Origin: the human T2T-CHM13v2.0 reference genome, Homo sapiens
Strand: one strand, 5' to 3'
NCBI RefSeq assembly: GCF_009914755.1
Contig: NC_060929.1
Length of the DNA stretch: 64,000 nucleotides
In this document: piece after piece, positions 47,131 to 64,000 of the stretch
How positions within the stretch are numbered: the stretch's first letter is position 1
Layout of the letters: every line of letters begins with the position of its first letter
Made by a program: the position numbers and the translations under genes
The notes under the pieces: model-generated
What the model saw: the letters and a program-made list of their open reading frames with translations, nothing else
The model's database searches: none
Told to the model about the DNA's origin: nothing

Positions 47131-47785
47131 TCTGTTTACTCCACCAGCCAAGCTCCTCCAGACCCAGGAGATGGCTCTTCCCTCTGTGTAGCACACTCTT
47201 TCCAGTCAAGGGGTCTTGCACTGCTATTTCCCCTTCTGCTTTGCTTGGTTCATTCTTACTGACCCTCCAAATACTGAAGGAATGAATGGAGAAATAAGTA
47301 AATGAGAGATGTGGCCAAGAGTCTCCAAGAGAGGAAATTAAAAAATCCTATACCTGTGAGGAACTGGCCCACTTGCAAAAGGCGGACTCATTTGTCACTG
47401 TGTTTGCTGGCTGCTCGCACCACACAGTTTCCAGCCTAGGCATTATTTCCAACCTCTTTTTCCAAAGGGTCTTTCTAAGGTACAGAAAATGGACATAAAA
47501 TCGCCCAACGTAGTTGAGAGGTAAGGAGTAAAAGCCGGAATTTGAACTCCTAATCTCCTGCCACGATTTCATGCTGCCTCTGGGTAATCTCCCAGCACGT
47601 TGCTTAATCAGCTGCTGAGTCATTGAGAGCCGGCAGAACCAGCTTCCTGCTGAGGCAGAGTGGGAGGAGGCCCGTCTGGGAGCAGCACACTGAAGGAAGG
47701 GAGGAGGAGGTGATGTTTGGCACAATCGGATTGGTTCCCATGAGGTCCAGGGCTGCGGCTCCTACAGAAGGCACTTTTTGCATAT

Positions 47786-47939
47786 GGTAGGCTTCACGGG
47801 GTGCAACCTCTGTGTTGTTAGGAGAACCTCGTGCTTGCTATGATGCTCTGCTGTCATTATCTTGAAATTCTTAGTCACATTAAAACACGGGAGCCTACAT
47901 GTTTATTTTGCACTGGATCCTGCAAATTAGCCAGTCCTG
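47786..47939 (+). mobile_element. MER45A
   Basis: ggcttcacggggtgcaacc...atgctctgctgtcattatcttgaaattctt...ttttgcactggatcctgcaaattagccagtcctg. Confidence 0.8.
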
Positions 47940-49269
47940 GTACTGAGGGCAGGTCCCTGGGTGAGTCTCACACAGCCTCCATCCTTTGGTAAAGCAGCTT
48001 TCCTGATTTAGCAAATGCCTTACCAGAAAGCCTTTTCCTTGAAGATGCTTTAACTTTTGTCTTCCCTGGCAAAGCTGTTTCCTTATGGTAAAGCACCCAG
48101 CTCATAGCTGATATTCAATCCATGAAGTAGCTCTGTCAGCAGCTGTCATCATGAAGACTTTGCAGCCTGCGGGTGGTAGCATTCTGAATCGTCAGTCTGT
48201 CTCGCTCCTGTAGCAAATGCACGATCCGGGAAAGCATGTCCCAAGCTTTGTTCTGGAGAAGATTTCTCCAGCTATCAGATGGTGTCTGTCATCACAATAG
48301 CTTAGGAGATGCTGCTCACTCCATCCTCCTCACTAAGTGTCACAGTACACTTGGGTATGTACAAGTCTCTGAGAAGTCCAGCAGCAAAGACACCTTTGTG
48401 TTTTGCTGATTCTAGCCTTTCCTAGACTAGAAGTCTTTTTTTCTAGTCTAGGAAAAGACTGTGGAATCTTTTTTTTTTTTTCCTGATACACACATTCACA
48501 TTCCGTGGAACATTTAGGACGTGGTTATCTGGTCCTAAAGTAGTAAAGGTGAAGATGTTGTGGGAGGTGCAAGAAAGAGCAGCAAGGAGTAGATGGGGCA
48601 CACTGCAAAGTGCGATCCCCACATACCTAAGTTAGTATCAATTACTACTAACAAAACTCGGCCAAGACTCTTTTGCATTCGTTTTGTTTCTCTCTTTTAC
48701 CCTGATTATATTAAGAAATATGACAGGCCTGTGACTCACTGATTAGACCATCTTAGTCACTTTGGGTTGTCCCAGCAACAGGAGACTTAACTCTGACCAT
48801 AGGTAAGGAGCCCAGAGGACAGGAGAGCAGGGATTTCTGAGGATTTAACAAATGCTTATAAACAAATGATATCACTTTGAACAAAGTAATCAAAGTATCA
48901 AATGCTATAAACACCACAGTAGGGCAATGTGTGAATCATACTTGTGGTGAGACATACATAGATCAGCTGCAAAGAGGAACTCAATTCTGCAGAACCTCAG
49001 CTGGAGTAACTGATGTGAAACATGGACAGGGAAATGGAAGGAAGTCAGCGGACACGGAAACTCTAGGAACTGAACTTTGACAAGGAACGCCGTCCATAAT
49101 CCCAAGTCCTATGACTTCATAGAGGAAAAAAACCCTAGTGGAGCAGAACAGGGCCTCATAGAGGGGCTGGGGCCTCACTGAGGGCTGGGAAGTTTGATAG
49201 GACTTCCCTTGCTGGTAAGGAACAAAACTGGGTCTCAGGTTCAGGTTTGTAAAGCTAATTTCATACATT

Positions 49270-49688
49270 TGCAGCAGATGCTGTCAGTGTCCCTCCCCAA
49301 GCCCCTCAGCACTCAGCATTCATAGACATCCTCATCTTGCAAGCACCTGAGTCTCTCTCTGTAAGGTTTCTGTTGGCCTCAGGGCAGACCAGTGTACCAG
49401 GGAGGGCAGACCAGGGTACCAGGGAGCACAGCCCTCAAAGAAAGATGACAGGAGTTGGTGTAAATCTCATGGCTTTCATGTTACTTAGGGGGACCAATGC
49501 TGAGGCATGCTTAGCATGATCCTCTGTGAGACTGGGCCTCAGGTGTCCGCTGCAGCTGCCTGTTCATTAGTGTGACATGCACGGGATTCCTTCCGTATCC
49601 TGGCCCCTTTCTCTACTTCCCAACCGTGCTTCCTGAGACATACTCAAATCCTTGTCTCACACTTGGCTTCTGGGAGAATCCAACTGCA
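49270..49688 (+). mobile_element. LTR16-like ERVL solo LTR
   Basis: tgcagcagatgctgtcagtgtccc...ctcaaatccttgtctca...gcttctgggagaatccaac. Confidence 0.6.
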
Positions 49689-49697
49689 AATGCTGTG

Positions 49698-50009
49698 TTT
49701 TATTTTTTATTTATGTATTTAATTATTTGGAGATAGGGTCTCCCTCTGTCACCCAGGCTGGAGTAAAATGGCACAATCCTAGCTCACTGCAATATTAAAC
49801 TCCTGGGCTCCAGTAATCCTCAGCCTCCAGGAGCTGGAACTACAGTCGTGCACAGCAATGCCAGCTAAAGTTTCCTTTAAATTTTTTGTAGAGTCAAGAT
49901 CTCACTATTTCAGTCAGGTCTTGAACTCCTTGCCTCCCAAAGTTCTGGGATTACAGCACTTGGCCTCCCAAAGTGCTGGGATTACAGGCGTGAGCCACTG
50001 CATCTGGCT
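49698..50009 (-). mobile_element. AluJ with internal duplication
   Basis: Diverged reverse dimer; gcctcccaaagt(t/g)ctgggattacag occurs twice in 49932-49987. Confidence 0.9.
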
Positions 50010-52060
50010 GTTTATTCCATTAAAATGATTGAAGGAGTCTCTTGCTTTGGGAATTTTGCTCCCGTGGTGAGAACACTATGGGAATGACATCTCAAGAATA
50101 TGGCTCCTTCAAATGAATTTAAAATGTCTTTCTATTTTTGTCCAGTGGTTACAATAGCTGATGGGCTCGAGGTAAGGAGATGCTAAGCTGCCATTCTCTC
50201 CTTCAACCCATGGCATTTACTGAGCTTCTAAATCAGTCAGGCCCTGGGCTGGACCCTGGGCATGCAGACTGAATCAGAGCCTTCAGGACTAGCAGGAGAG
50301 ACAGGTATATATAGTGGCAAGGGCAATATTTATTCACTCATTCATTCTTTTTCCTTTTTTATGTGCCAAATCTTTAATGAGGGCCTACCTTGTACTCAGG
50401 AACACCAGGAATAAACAGAAAACAAAAAGATATCATTTCTGGACTCAGTTCACCATCTAGAGAAAAAAAAAAAAAAAAGACCTGAAATGGACAAATACAG
50501 TACTGTTTGACAAATGTCACGTAAGAAGAAGCCCATGATACTGAGGATGGTATAGGAGGGGCCGTATCCAGGTTGAAGGAGTCAAATATGACAGCTGCCG
50601 TGAGAATTACAATCAGAAAACCATGACCCGGATGCTTATCCTATTCATTGCTTGAGCCTGAGAACACAAACACACAGGGTGTGGCTGAAATTCCTCTGAA
50701 ATTGTATTGATTTGAGAAAACTGCAATCTTGTGTTAAAATGTGAATCATACACAAGGATGCAAAACAGTTACCGCTGACCATAAATCTAGGCTATCAGAA
50801 TGGAATCTGATGGCTTGTCTACCAGACTGCATTGTGAAACCAATCAAATGGGAGATAGACTCACCACTTACCAAGTACCTCTGAGACACCAGGCACCCTG
50901 TGGGGTGCCCTACTCATCATCTTGTTTAACCAGTTGATTGGGAATAGCTCCATTTTACAGAGAAAGACTGTTAGGCAGCTTTCTAAGATGGCCCTAATTA
51001 TTCCTTCCTTCTGGTAATCCCCTTCCTTTAAATGTGGGCTACACTTAATTACCTGCTTTTAACAAACAGAATATAGCAAAAGTGATGGGATGTCAGGAGA
51101 CTGAATCAGTAACCAAAAACCTCCAGACAAAGAAAAGCCCAGGGCCAGAGGGCTTCACTGGTAAATTTACCAAACATTTAAAGAAGAATTAGCACCAGTC
51201 TTTCTCAAACTCCTCAACAAATTGAAGAGGAGAGAACACTTCTAAATACACTTTATGAGGCCAGCATTACCCTAACATCAGAGCCAGACAAAGACACAAG
51301 AAAAGAAAACTACAGACTAATATTTCTAATGAATCTTGATGCACAAATCCTCAAAAAAGAAGAAAACATACTAGCAAACATAATTCAGCCGCACATTAAA
51401 AGGATTAAGCACCATGACAAAGTGGGATTTATTCTTAGTATAAAAGGATATTTCAACGTAAAAAAGTCAATGTAATATATCACATTAATAGAATGATGAG
51501 AAAAAATCCACAAGATTATCCCAATTGATGCATTTAACAAAACTTAATACTCTTTCATGAAAAAACACTCAACAAACCAGGAATACATGAAACTACCCCA
51601 ACATAAGACAGTCCACAAATGAAAAGCTCACAACCAACATAATACTCATGGTGAAAAGCTGAAAGCTTCCTCTAAGATCAGGAATGAGACAAAAATGTCC
51701 ACTTTTGAATCAACCTGTATTCAACATAGTATAAGAAGTCCTCGCCAGAATTTTCAGGAAAAAAAAAAAAGAAAGAAAAAAAAGCCAGTCAAATTGAAAA
51801 GAAAGAAGAAAAATTATCTTTGCTCACAAATGACATGAACTTATAAAACTCCTAGAATTAATAAATGGATGCTGCAATGTTGAAGGATACAAAAATCAAC
51901 ACACAAAAATCAGTTATGTTTTTATATACTAACAATGAATGAGCCAAAAATGAAATTAAAACAATTCCATTTACAATAGCATCAGAAAGACTAAAATACC
52001 TAACAATAAACTTAACCAAGGAGGTAAAATGCTTGAGTATTTAGACACTAAAAATTATAA

Positions 52061-52350
52061 GGCCTGCACGGTGGTTCATACCTGTAATCCCAGCATTTTG
52101 GGAGGCAGGTGGATCACTTGAGGTTAGGAGTTTGAGACCAGCCTGGCCAACATGGTGAAACCCTATCTCTACTAAAAATACAAAAATTAGCTGATGTGGT
52201 ACACACCTATAAGCCCAGATACTTGGGAGGCTGAGGCAGGAGAATCACTTGAACCTGGAAGGTGGAGGTCTCAGGGTTTCAGTGAGCGGAGATGTCACCA
52301 CTGCACTGCAGCCTGGGCAACAGAGAGAGACTCCGTCTCAAAAAAAAAAA
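52061..52350 (+). mobile_element. AluS
   Basis: Dimer, TSD aaaattataa. Confidence 0.95.
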
Positions 52351-52507
52351 ATTATAAAGCGTTGCTGAAAGAAACTAAAGACAACACCAATAAATATAAA
52401 TATATTCCATATTTATACATTGAAAGACTTAATATTTTTAATATGTCAGTACTACCCCCAAGCCACCTACAGATTCAATGCAATCTCTATCAAAATCCCA
52501 ATGGTGG

Positions 52508-53212
<705 letters not shown>

Positions 53213-53852
53213 TAGCCAAGATGAAATGAACAAAAGACAAAGTTAGAGGTCTCACATTTCCTGATTTCAAAACTTGTTACAAACCTACAGTATCAAAACA
53301 GTGTGGTACTGGCATAAAGATAGACATATAGACCAATGGAATAGGATAGAATAGACAGAAATGAGTCCTCTCATATATGGTCACCCTTCAACAGGGCCAC
53401 CAAGACTATTTGATGGGGAAAAACACAGTCTTTTCAACAAACGGTGCTGGGAAAACTGAGTATCCACATGTAAAGTAATAAAGTTAGATCCTTACCTTAC
53501 ATCATAAACAAAATTAACTAAAAATGGATCAAAGACATAAATGTAAGACACAAAAGTATAAAACTATTAGAAGAAAATATAGGAAGAAAACCTCATGACA
53601 TTGTGTTTGGCAATGATTTCTTGGCTATGAAACCAAAAGCAAAAGACAACAAAAGTGAAACTAGACAAATTGGACTACATCAAAATTTAAAACTTCAGTT
53701 CATCAAAGGACACATCAACAGAGTAAAAAGACAGCCTATGAAATGGGAGAAGATATTTGCAAATCATATATCTGATAAGGGGTTAATATCCAAAATATAT
53801 AAAAACCCCTAAATTCAACAACAAAAAAACAATCCAATTTAAAAATGGGCAA

Positions 53853-55286
<1,434 letters not shown>

Positions 55287-55962
55287 CACAGAAAATAACA
55301 AATGTTGGTGAGGATGTGGAGAAATTGGAACCCTTGTACACTGTTGGTAAAAATGTAAAATGGAGAAACCACTGTGGAAAACGGTGTAGCAGTTCTCATA
55401 AAGCAAAATAATAGAATTACTGTATGATCTGGCAATCCTACTTCTACATATATACCCCCCAAAAACTAAAAGGAGTATCTTGAAGAGATATGTGTACACC
55501 CATGTTTGCAGCAGCACCAGTCACAATAGCCAAAACGTGGAAGCAATCCAAGTGTTGAAAAGATGAAAGGAATAAACAGAATGTGGCATATACACACAAT
55601 AGAATATTAGCCTTAAGAAGGAAGGTATTTCTGATACATGCTACAACAAGGATGAACCTTGAAGACATTATCTTCAGTGAAATAAGCCCTTCACAAAAAG
55701 ATGAATACTACATGACTGCACGTATATGAGGCACCTGGAGTAGTCAAATTCAGGGAGACAGAGAGTAGAAGGGTAGTTGCCCGGGAATGGGGGGAGGTGG
55801 GAATGGGGAGCTGTTGTTTAGTGAGGACAGAGTTTTAGTTTTACAAAATGAAAAGAGTTCTGGAGATCAGTTGCAAAACATGAATGTACTTAACACTACC
55901 AAAGTATACCTTTAACAATGGTTAAGATAGGAATTTTTGTTGTGATATTTTACTACAATTAA

Positions 55963-56272
<310 letters not shown>

Positions 56273-56670
56273 AAACGATTTTTAACATAAAAAAAGGACA
56301 ACATAAGAAGAAGAAATTCACAGAAAACAACAACAACAAAACCCAAAAGACACAAGATGTTATTTCTGAGACATAAGTTATAAAAGAGTGAGGCTTCAGT
56401 CTTACTCTGGCTTGATCGCACAGAGGAAGCCAGCCACCACACTGGAGGGGCCCAGGTGGCAGGGAACAACTGAGGGAGGCCTCCAGCCAACAGTCTTTAG
56501 GGAACTGAACCTGCCAGCAGCCACATGAGTGAGTCCACAACCTTAATCCCAGCTTGGGAGGAACCCTGAAGCAGGACAAGGCTAAACTGCAGAGGGATTC
56601 CTGACCCACAGAAACTGTGAGATGACTGATACTGTCATTTTAAGGTACTAAGTTTTGGGGTAATTTGTTA

Positions 56671-57260
<590 letters not shown>

Positions 57261-59035
57261 AGCGTATGGCAAGTGGGAGGCATCTGAAGCCTGTCTGGCC
57301 CCAAAATCCCCCCCTACTCCGCTCATGTCCTTCCCCCAAAAGCATCTTCCCTGGTGGGGTAAAAGAGCTTACAGAGATCACACCGCATCCCAACCTGTTC
57401 CACACACGTGGGTCCGCCAGCGAGGACACACGGTTCCTTGATGTTCAGCTTTTTTGCACATCAAAATACCAACAGCAATAACTCCTCACATTTATTGACA
57501 GTGAGGAGTTATTAGTGAGGAGTTATTAGTGAGTTGTTATTGCTCTTGGGGGAAGGACTCGAGCGGAGTAGGAAGGGGACTTTGGAGCCTGACGGGCTTC
57601 AGACGCCTCCCTCTTGCTACATGCTGATGCCCTTTCAGACTTGGTGTCCTCCACTTGGTTGCTGTGTAACAGATTACCCCAAAACTAAGGAGCTTAAAAG
57701 GACACCTAAGAAAATCCGCTACTCAGAAGCTTAGCCTTAAATATCTCTGTTTCGAAATAAAAGTGAAGGCTGCCTGCTAAGGACAAATAGAGACAAGGAT
57801 GCTGCCGGTCATCAGCACATTGGCCAAACCTGTTCCCAGGCAGCTCTCAGCAGTATTGGCAAAAGACACCTGACCACATCATCTGTGGGCTGGGAACACT
57901 GACCGTGGTAATGCCAATCATAACCACCCTGTTCTATGCACCTCAAATGTACTAGGCTTTGTGTCTAGCTGTTGTGTGATTTGACCACTGTGCTGTCAGA
58001 GGCAATGCAGTCTCATGGTTACAAATGTGGGCTCTAGAGTAGAAGACTCCAGCCACAACCCAGGCGTTGACACTCCCAGCTGGGTGACTTTGGCAGCTGT
58101 TTTGTCCCTTCTTTGTTTCCTCACCTGCAAAACGGGATTACAATAATTACCATCTCATAAGGTCATTATGAGGATTAAATGGGGTAAAGCACATAAACCA
58201 CACAGAACCATGTGCAAACAGTCAATAAATATGAGGAGTTATTACGATTGTTGCTATCATCATTACTGCCTTTGTTATCTTCTATAATTCGCACAATAAT
58301 GGAAGCTAAGATTCGGAAACTGGGTTTTCTGTGTTCCAGATGAGGAAATGGAGGCTCAGAGGGGCCACATACCATTTCCAAGATCACATAGCCTCAAGGA
58401 TGACCCCGGATCCACTCTGGGTGTGTCTGTCTCCAAGGTCAGTGTGATATTTCCAATATCCCAGGCTCAGATGCTCACATGTACCATTTCTCTTCTTACT
58501 CACTGGGACCCTGGTCCTCCTTGTTTTAAGATATCACTTGATGTATGTTGACTCTGGAGGTCTGCTGCCTGATGGCTTAAGGAGAAGCCAACGTGGGGAC
58601 AAATAAAGAAATAAAGGGCTTTGGGAAACCTGTGTGGTGGGAGGAGGAGGGAGGCTTAGTGTGATACAAGAACAGCTATTTTACAAATGCCTTGCCTTTA
58701 AATAAAGTTTCTACGTATAGATTTGTGAACCTTCATAACAACCCAGGGAAATGTAAATTATTATGCCTTTTTTAAGATCAAGTTTTCTCATTTGAATGAA
58801 TGAATGCATTTTCCAAGGCACAGAGAACTCCTTCCCCAGAGTCTCCCAATTTTGACCTAACAAAACTTATGCTTGAACCCTGCTCACCTGACTCCAAGCC
58901 CAGGGCTCTTTTGTTCATACTACAGCTGGAGTTAATCATCACAGTGGCTAAATGTATTGAATTTCCATCACCTGCATGTTTCATAGGCATTATCACATCC
59001 AGTCCTTATAACCACCCAATCAGGTCATTACTGTA

Positions 59036-59116
59036 TTAGACTGGTGCGAAAGTAATTGCGGTTTTTGCCACTTAAAAGTAATGGCAAAAACTACACTTAC
59101 TTTTGCACCAACCTAC
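59036..59116. mobile_element. MADE1 (Hsmar1-derived MITE)
   Basis: ttagactggtgcgaaagtaattgcggtttttgcca...tggcaaaaactacacttacttttgcaccaaccta palindrome flanked by TA. Confidence 0.93.
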
Positions 59117-60171
59117 TAATTATTCACCCATTTTACCGATGGGAGGACAGACTGCAAGAGGTGAAAGGACTGGCTCAAGGTCATGCCGCTGGAAAGTGAT
59201 AAATACAAGACTGAAGCTCACAGTTATCTGGCTCCAAAGGTATTTCTCCTTATACAACACCCAGGGGAAGACATTTGGTGAAGTGGAGGTTCCTTCCTTG
59301 TGGTCTTCTGTCGTGTTACTCAGACTCTACATCTGGAAGCATCTCTACTTAGGGGCCTTCCAGAAGCCAGCAAAGCTACTTGCCAGGGCAAAAGTCCCTT
59401 GGCTCTGCCCATCACAAGTTGGTGAGAGTAAACACATATGCACTCTGACTTTGGATGGCTTTTCTTTCTTCTTTGCCTTCGATCATCCTTATCTGAAATG
59501 ATTTACTTGTTTGTCTGTTGTCTGCACCTCCTCCACCAAACCCCTGCAAACGAAAGTTCCATGTGAACAGGAACTATGTTCTGTTCATTCCTGTATCTCC
59601 AATATACAAAGCAGGCCCTGACATTCAGGTGTTCAATACATTTTTCCTGAATGAATGAATGAATGAATGATGAATTTACATGAAATTCCATGCAAGATGG
59701 AAAATTTTCAATACAGAAAGAATATATTCTGGCTTTATCTGTGGCATGGATTGTCTCAGCACTGCCAATTCCTCTGGCTGGATGGGCTAGCTCCGCTCCT
59801 GTCATCTGTCTCTCTGCTGAACTTGGCAGAGTCCTTAGACACAGAGATTTGTCGAGTGATCAGGGCCTCCCACAAACAACGCACAAAGACCCCTCTAGTG
59901 AAGTGTGGTTTTACCACAGTGGGCAGTTTCCACCTTCATTTGCCTCCTGTAAATTGGAGTCTTCGCATTTCTTTCTGCAGCCTTTGGGGCGAGGCTGTAT
60001 CTAGCCCCTGTGTGACTCGGGGCTGGAATTTGTTTCACCTACCTAGGACTTTAGGGCTGAAAAGCCCTTGGAGGTTATCTAATCACAACGTATCACTTTG
60101 CAAATAGGTAAACTGAGCTCACAGAAAGGAAAGCTGAACTCACAGAAAGGAAGATACTTGCCCAAGGTCAC

Positions 60172-60762
60172 TGTTAGAGGTTGAATTGTGTCCTTTCCAA
60201 AATTCATACTTCGGAGTCCTAACCCCTAGTATCTCAAAATGTGGCTTTATTTGGAGATAAAGGCTTCACAGAGGTAATCAAGTTAAATGGAGGACATTAG
60301 GTTGGGCTCTAATCTAGTATGACTGATGTCCATGAAAAGAGAAAATGTGGACACAGACATGCACACAGGGAGAACACTGTGTGTAGACAAAGACAGAGAT
60401 CAGGTGATGCTTCCGCAATCCAAGGAACAGCAAAGATTGACACAAGCTACCAGAAGTTGGGGGAGAGAGCTAGGGGACCTGTCACAGCCCGCAGAAGGAA
60501 CCAACCCTGCAGATACCTTGCTCTCTGACTACTGCCCTCTAGAACTGTGAGACAATAAATGTCGGTTGTTTAAGCTGCCCAGCTGGTGTTATTTTCTATA
60601 AGGACACCAGTCATATGGGATTGGGGCCCAACCTAATGTCCTCAGTTTAGCTTGATAACTTCTGCAAAGACTCTGTCTCCAAATAAGGTCACATTTCAAG
60701 GGACTGGACATTAGGACTTCAATATATGAATTTAGCAGGGGGACACAATTCAACCCTTAACA
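60172..60762 (+). mobile_element. MLT1B/C-like LTR (60172-~60594, +) fused to an inverted MLT1 5' segment (~60595-60762, -), inserted in a MIR
   Basis: Ends tgttagaggttgaattgtgtcc ... ggacacaattcaacccttaaca; gtcac on both flanks (60167-60171, 60763-60767). Confidence 0.9.
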
Positions 60763-61789
60763 GTCACTCGGCAAACTGTGAGAATGGAGAAGGCAAGGAC
60801 CCACCGTAAGCCTGGCTTCCATGAAGATGCTTCCCCGACCTGTACTCCATACCCTCCCCAAGAGAAGGAGGGCTCTGTGGGCCTGCAGTTCATCTCTTTC
60901 CACTTGTTTAAAGATGTGACATGGTGGCTCCTTGGTCTTTTCTCATTTCCTCTCTGTCTTGGATAGAGAGGCCTGGCACACAGATCTCAGGGCCATCGCC
61001 CCACACCCCACCTCCTGCCCCTGCCTCCCACCGCAGGTTCTTGGCAGGGCACGGGAAGTCCCAACAACTCCCCAGCTCTCTTCAAAGCATTTTTCTCCTA
61101 CCTTTGATTTTTATTGGTTTGTGTCTTAAATGTTTTGTCTGTAATTACACAGTTTGCTGCATGTCTTGTTTCATAATGACTAACATGAAGTTCATATACA
61201 AGCAAAGGGAAGCACATAACTAAATGAACATTTAATAATTAGTATTCATTAAGGCAATTATTTTAATAAATTATGCTCAGTTGAGTATAACCATTTTGTC
61301 CTGATTTAAAAACAAAATAACAAAAAAACACCTGCCTAGTCTAACATTGCAGCAAGGGAAGAGAAGTAGGTGAATGAGAGGAACCAAAGGCTAGACAGAA
61401 ACAAGAAGGGATTGGAGAGAGCAGAACAGATGCACATGAATGTCTAAAACAGTTTAGAAAATCTAGTTTACCCATTTATTATGTATCAAGAATGAACGCA
61501 AACATTTATAAAGTGCTCACTAAATGCCAAGTTATTTGCCTGTACTACCTTATTTAGTCCTCATACCAAAGCAATGAGACAGAGTCTTTTATTCTTATTG
61601 CCATTTTACAGATGAGGAAGCTGAGGTCTGCCCAAGCTCACACACCTGGTAAGTAATGGAACCAGGTGTTGAACCTAGGCAGCCTTATCCAGAACCTGTC
61701 CTTGCAGCCTCTGGACTCAAGACCTTTACATTTCAGGTGTTAGAAAATGGGAGCGAACCATCTGCCTTGGAAGGCTGAAAGATGGGTAA

Positions 61790-62222
<433 letters not shown>

Positions 62223-62290
62223 ACTAAGTACATGTTTTGCTGTTGTAACAAAGAGATCTAGAAATACAGTGACTTAAACAAGAGTGAAGT

Positions 62291-62589
<299 letters not shown>

Positions 62590-63297
62590 AAGAGTGAAGT
62601 TTTTTTTCTCTCTTACCTAACAGCCCAGAAGTAGGCAGTTCAGATAGTAAGATATCATTTCTATCACCAGCATGCAGCTTCTACATTTGGGTCCAAGAAG
62701 ACTGTCCCATTCTTACCACCTCCTAGTCAGTGGCAGGGGAAAGAAGGCAGGGAAGCATATATCCAGTCTTTAAGGTCAGGGCCTGGAAGTGGTACCTGTC
62801 ACTTCTACTCTATCCCATTGAGCAAAACAAGATCACGTAGCCACACGTATCCCCCAAGAGAGTTCAGAAACGTACCCTTTAGCTGGGCAGTTTTGTGCTG
62901 AGATGAAACTCTGTGATAACCAGCACTTTGGCACACTACCAAATCTTCCTCAGTTCTGACATTCTCAGGCCGATGCTCTTATGCCAACCAGCTGTCTCCG
63001 TCTCTCCAGTTTCTAGAAAGCCAAGATGCATTCATGGAGCTCCTAAGAATGGAGAGGTTATATGTCCACAACGCCCCTAGAATTGTGTGCAAAATTGTTT
63101 GCACATTTGCGTGTCCTTATGAGAGGGTTTTTGGGATTCTCATTGGGCTATGCGCCTTCTTCCTTCTCCTCACCCTCAGCCCCTGCAAAAATATAACAGC
63201 CCCTGAAGTAAACAGCCTCTGTGTTGAAATGTGTTTCAGGCAAATATCGAAGCTAAATCAGAAAGAGGCTGTTGGCTGGATATAGGACTAACTGTAG

Positions 63298-63499
63298 CAG
63301 GGGTTGGCAAACTACAGCATGTCATTGTTTTTTATAAATAGAGTTTTATGAGAACATAGCCACTTCCAACCATGGGTGCATTGCTCTGTGGCTGTGTTCA
63401 TGCTACAGCAGAAGAGGTGTGTAATGGCAGCAACAGAGACCTGCAAAGCCTGAAATATTTACTATCTGGCTCTTTACAGAAAATGTTTGCCCACTCCTG
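63298..63499 (+). mobile_element. MER58A
   Basis: caggggttggcaaactacag...aaagcctgaaatatttactatctggctctttacagaaaatgtttgcccactcctg. Confidence 0.88.
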
Positions 63500-64000
63500 A
63501 ACTAGACATAGCTAGATAGATGAGAGTTCATGGCTTCCCTCTGAAAACCCCAGGAAATCTCCCCTCTGAATCAGACAACTGGAAGATCTCTGCATGTGTT
63601 CAGAGTTGAAGTCCAGTGGGAATTTAAAACTCCCCCAAAATGATGATAATGTTGGGAACAGCAGCTCACAGTTTCATATAATACTCTCCCATCCACCTAA
63701 ACATGGCAAGAGGTATATGAGGAGCATCTTGTATCATAGGAATCTGTCCGAGCTGGATTTGAGTCCCACCTCAATTCCTGCCTAGCTTGCAAGTATTCTT
63801 TGTTTTGAGCCTCTGTTGATTGGTTTTTAAAATGTAGCGCCTAAGTCAGACCTGGCAGGTTAAAACGTGTAATATGTAGCACAGAGGGGCAGGCACAATC
63901 AATGTGGGCACCTGAGGGGGAACCCTTGAAGGTCACCCTGAAGGTTGGCTGAAGGTGAACATATAAGGTCTGAGTCCCCAACTGAGGCTTCTGCAGTTTT

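Overview
Primate, almost certainly human, non-coding DNA (it carries an AluYb-lineage insertion and a very young L1). I find no credible protein-coding exon, RNA gene or CRISPR/prokaryotic system: the ORF-track hits I could assign come from Alu, L1, THE1, simple repeats or a pseudogene. The window holds a full-length processed GAPDH pseudogene with its TSD, a complete THE1 (MaLR) provirus nested in an old L1, and a multi-layer nest (MLT1 > L1M > five Alus plus a young L1PA). It also has about 20 Alus or Alu monomers, many MIR/L2/MER/LTR relics, two ~0.9-1 kb tandem arrays, and several repeat-free blocks rich in homeodomain/TCF motifs that look like developmental enhancers. The most unusual structures are (1) an MLT1 LTR integrant with a U3 end at both termini inside one 5-bp TSD, (2) a fossil multi-step fold-back inverted duplication at 56.6-57.7 kb later split by an Alu, and (3) two smaller hairpin duplications. 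Subfamily calls rest on remembered consensus sequences read by eye and need RepeatMasker/Dfam confirmation. The chromosomal locus cannot be fixed without alignment.
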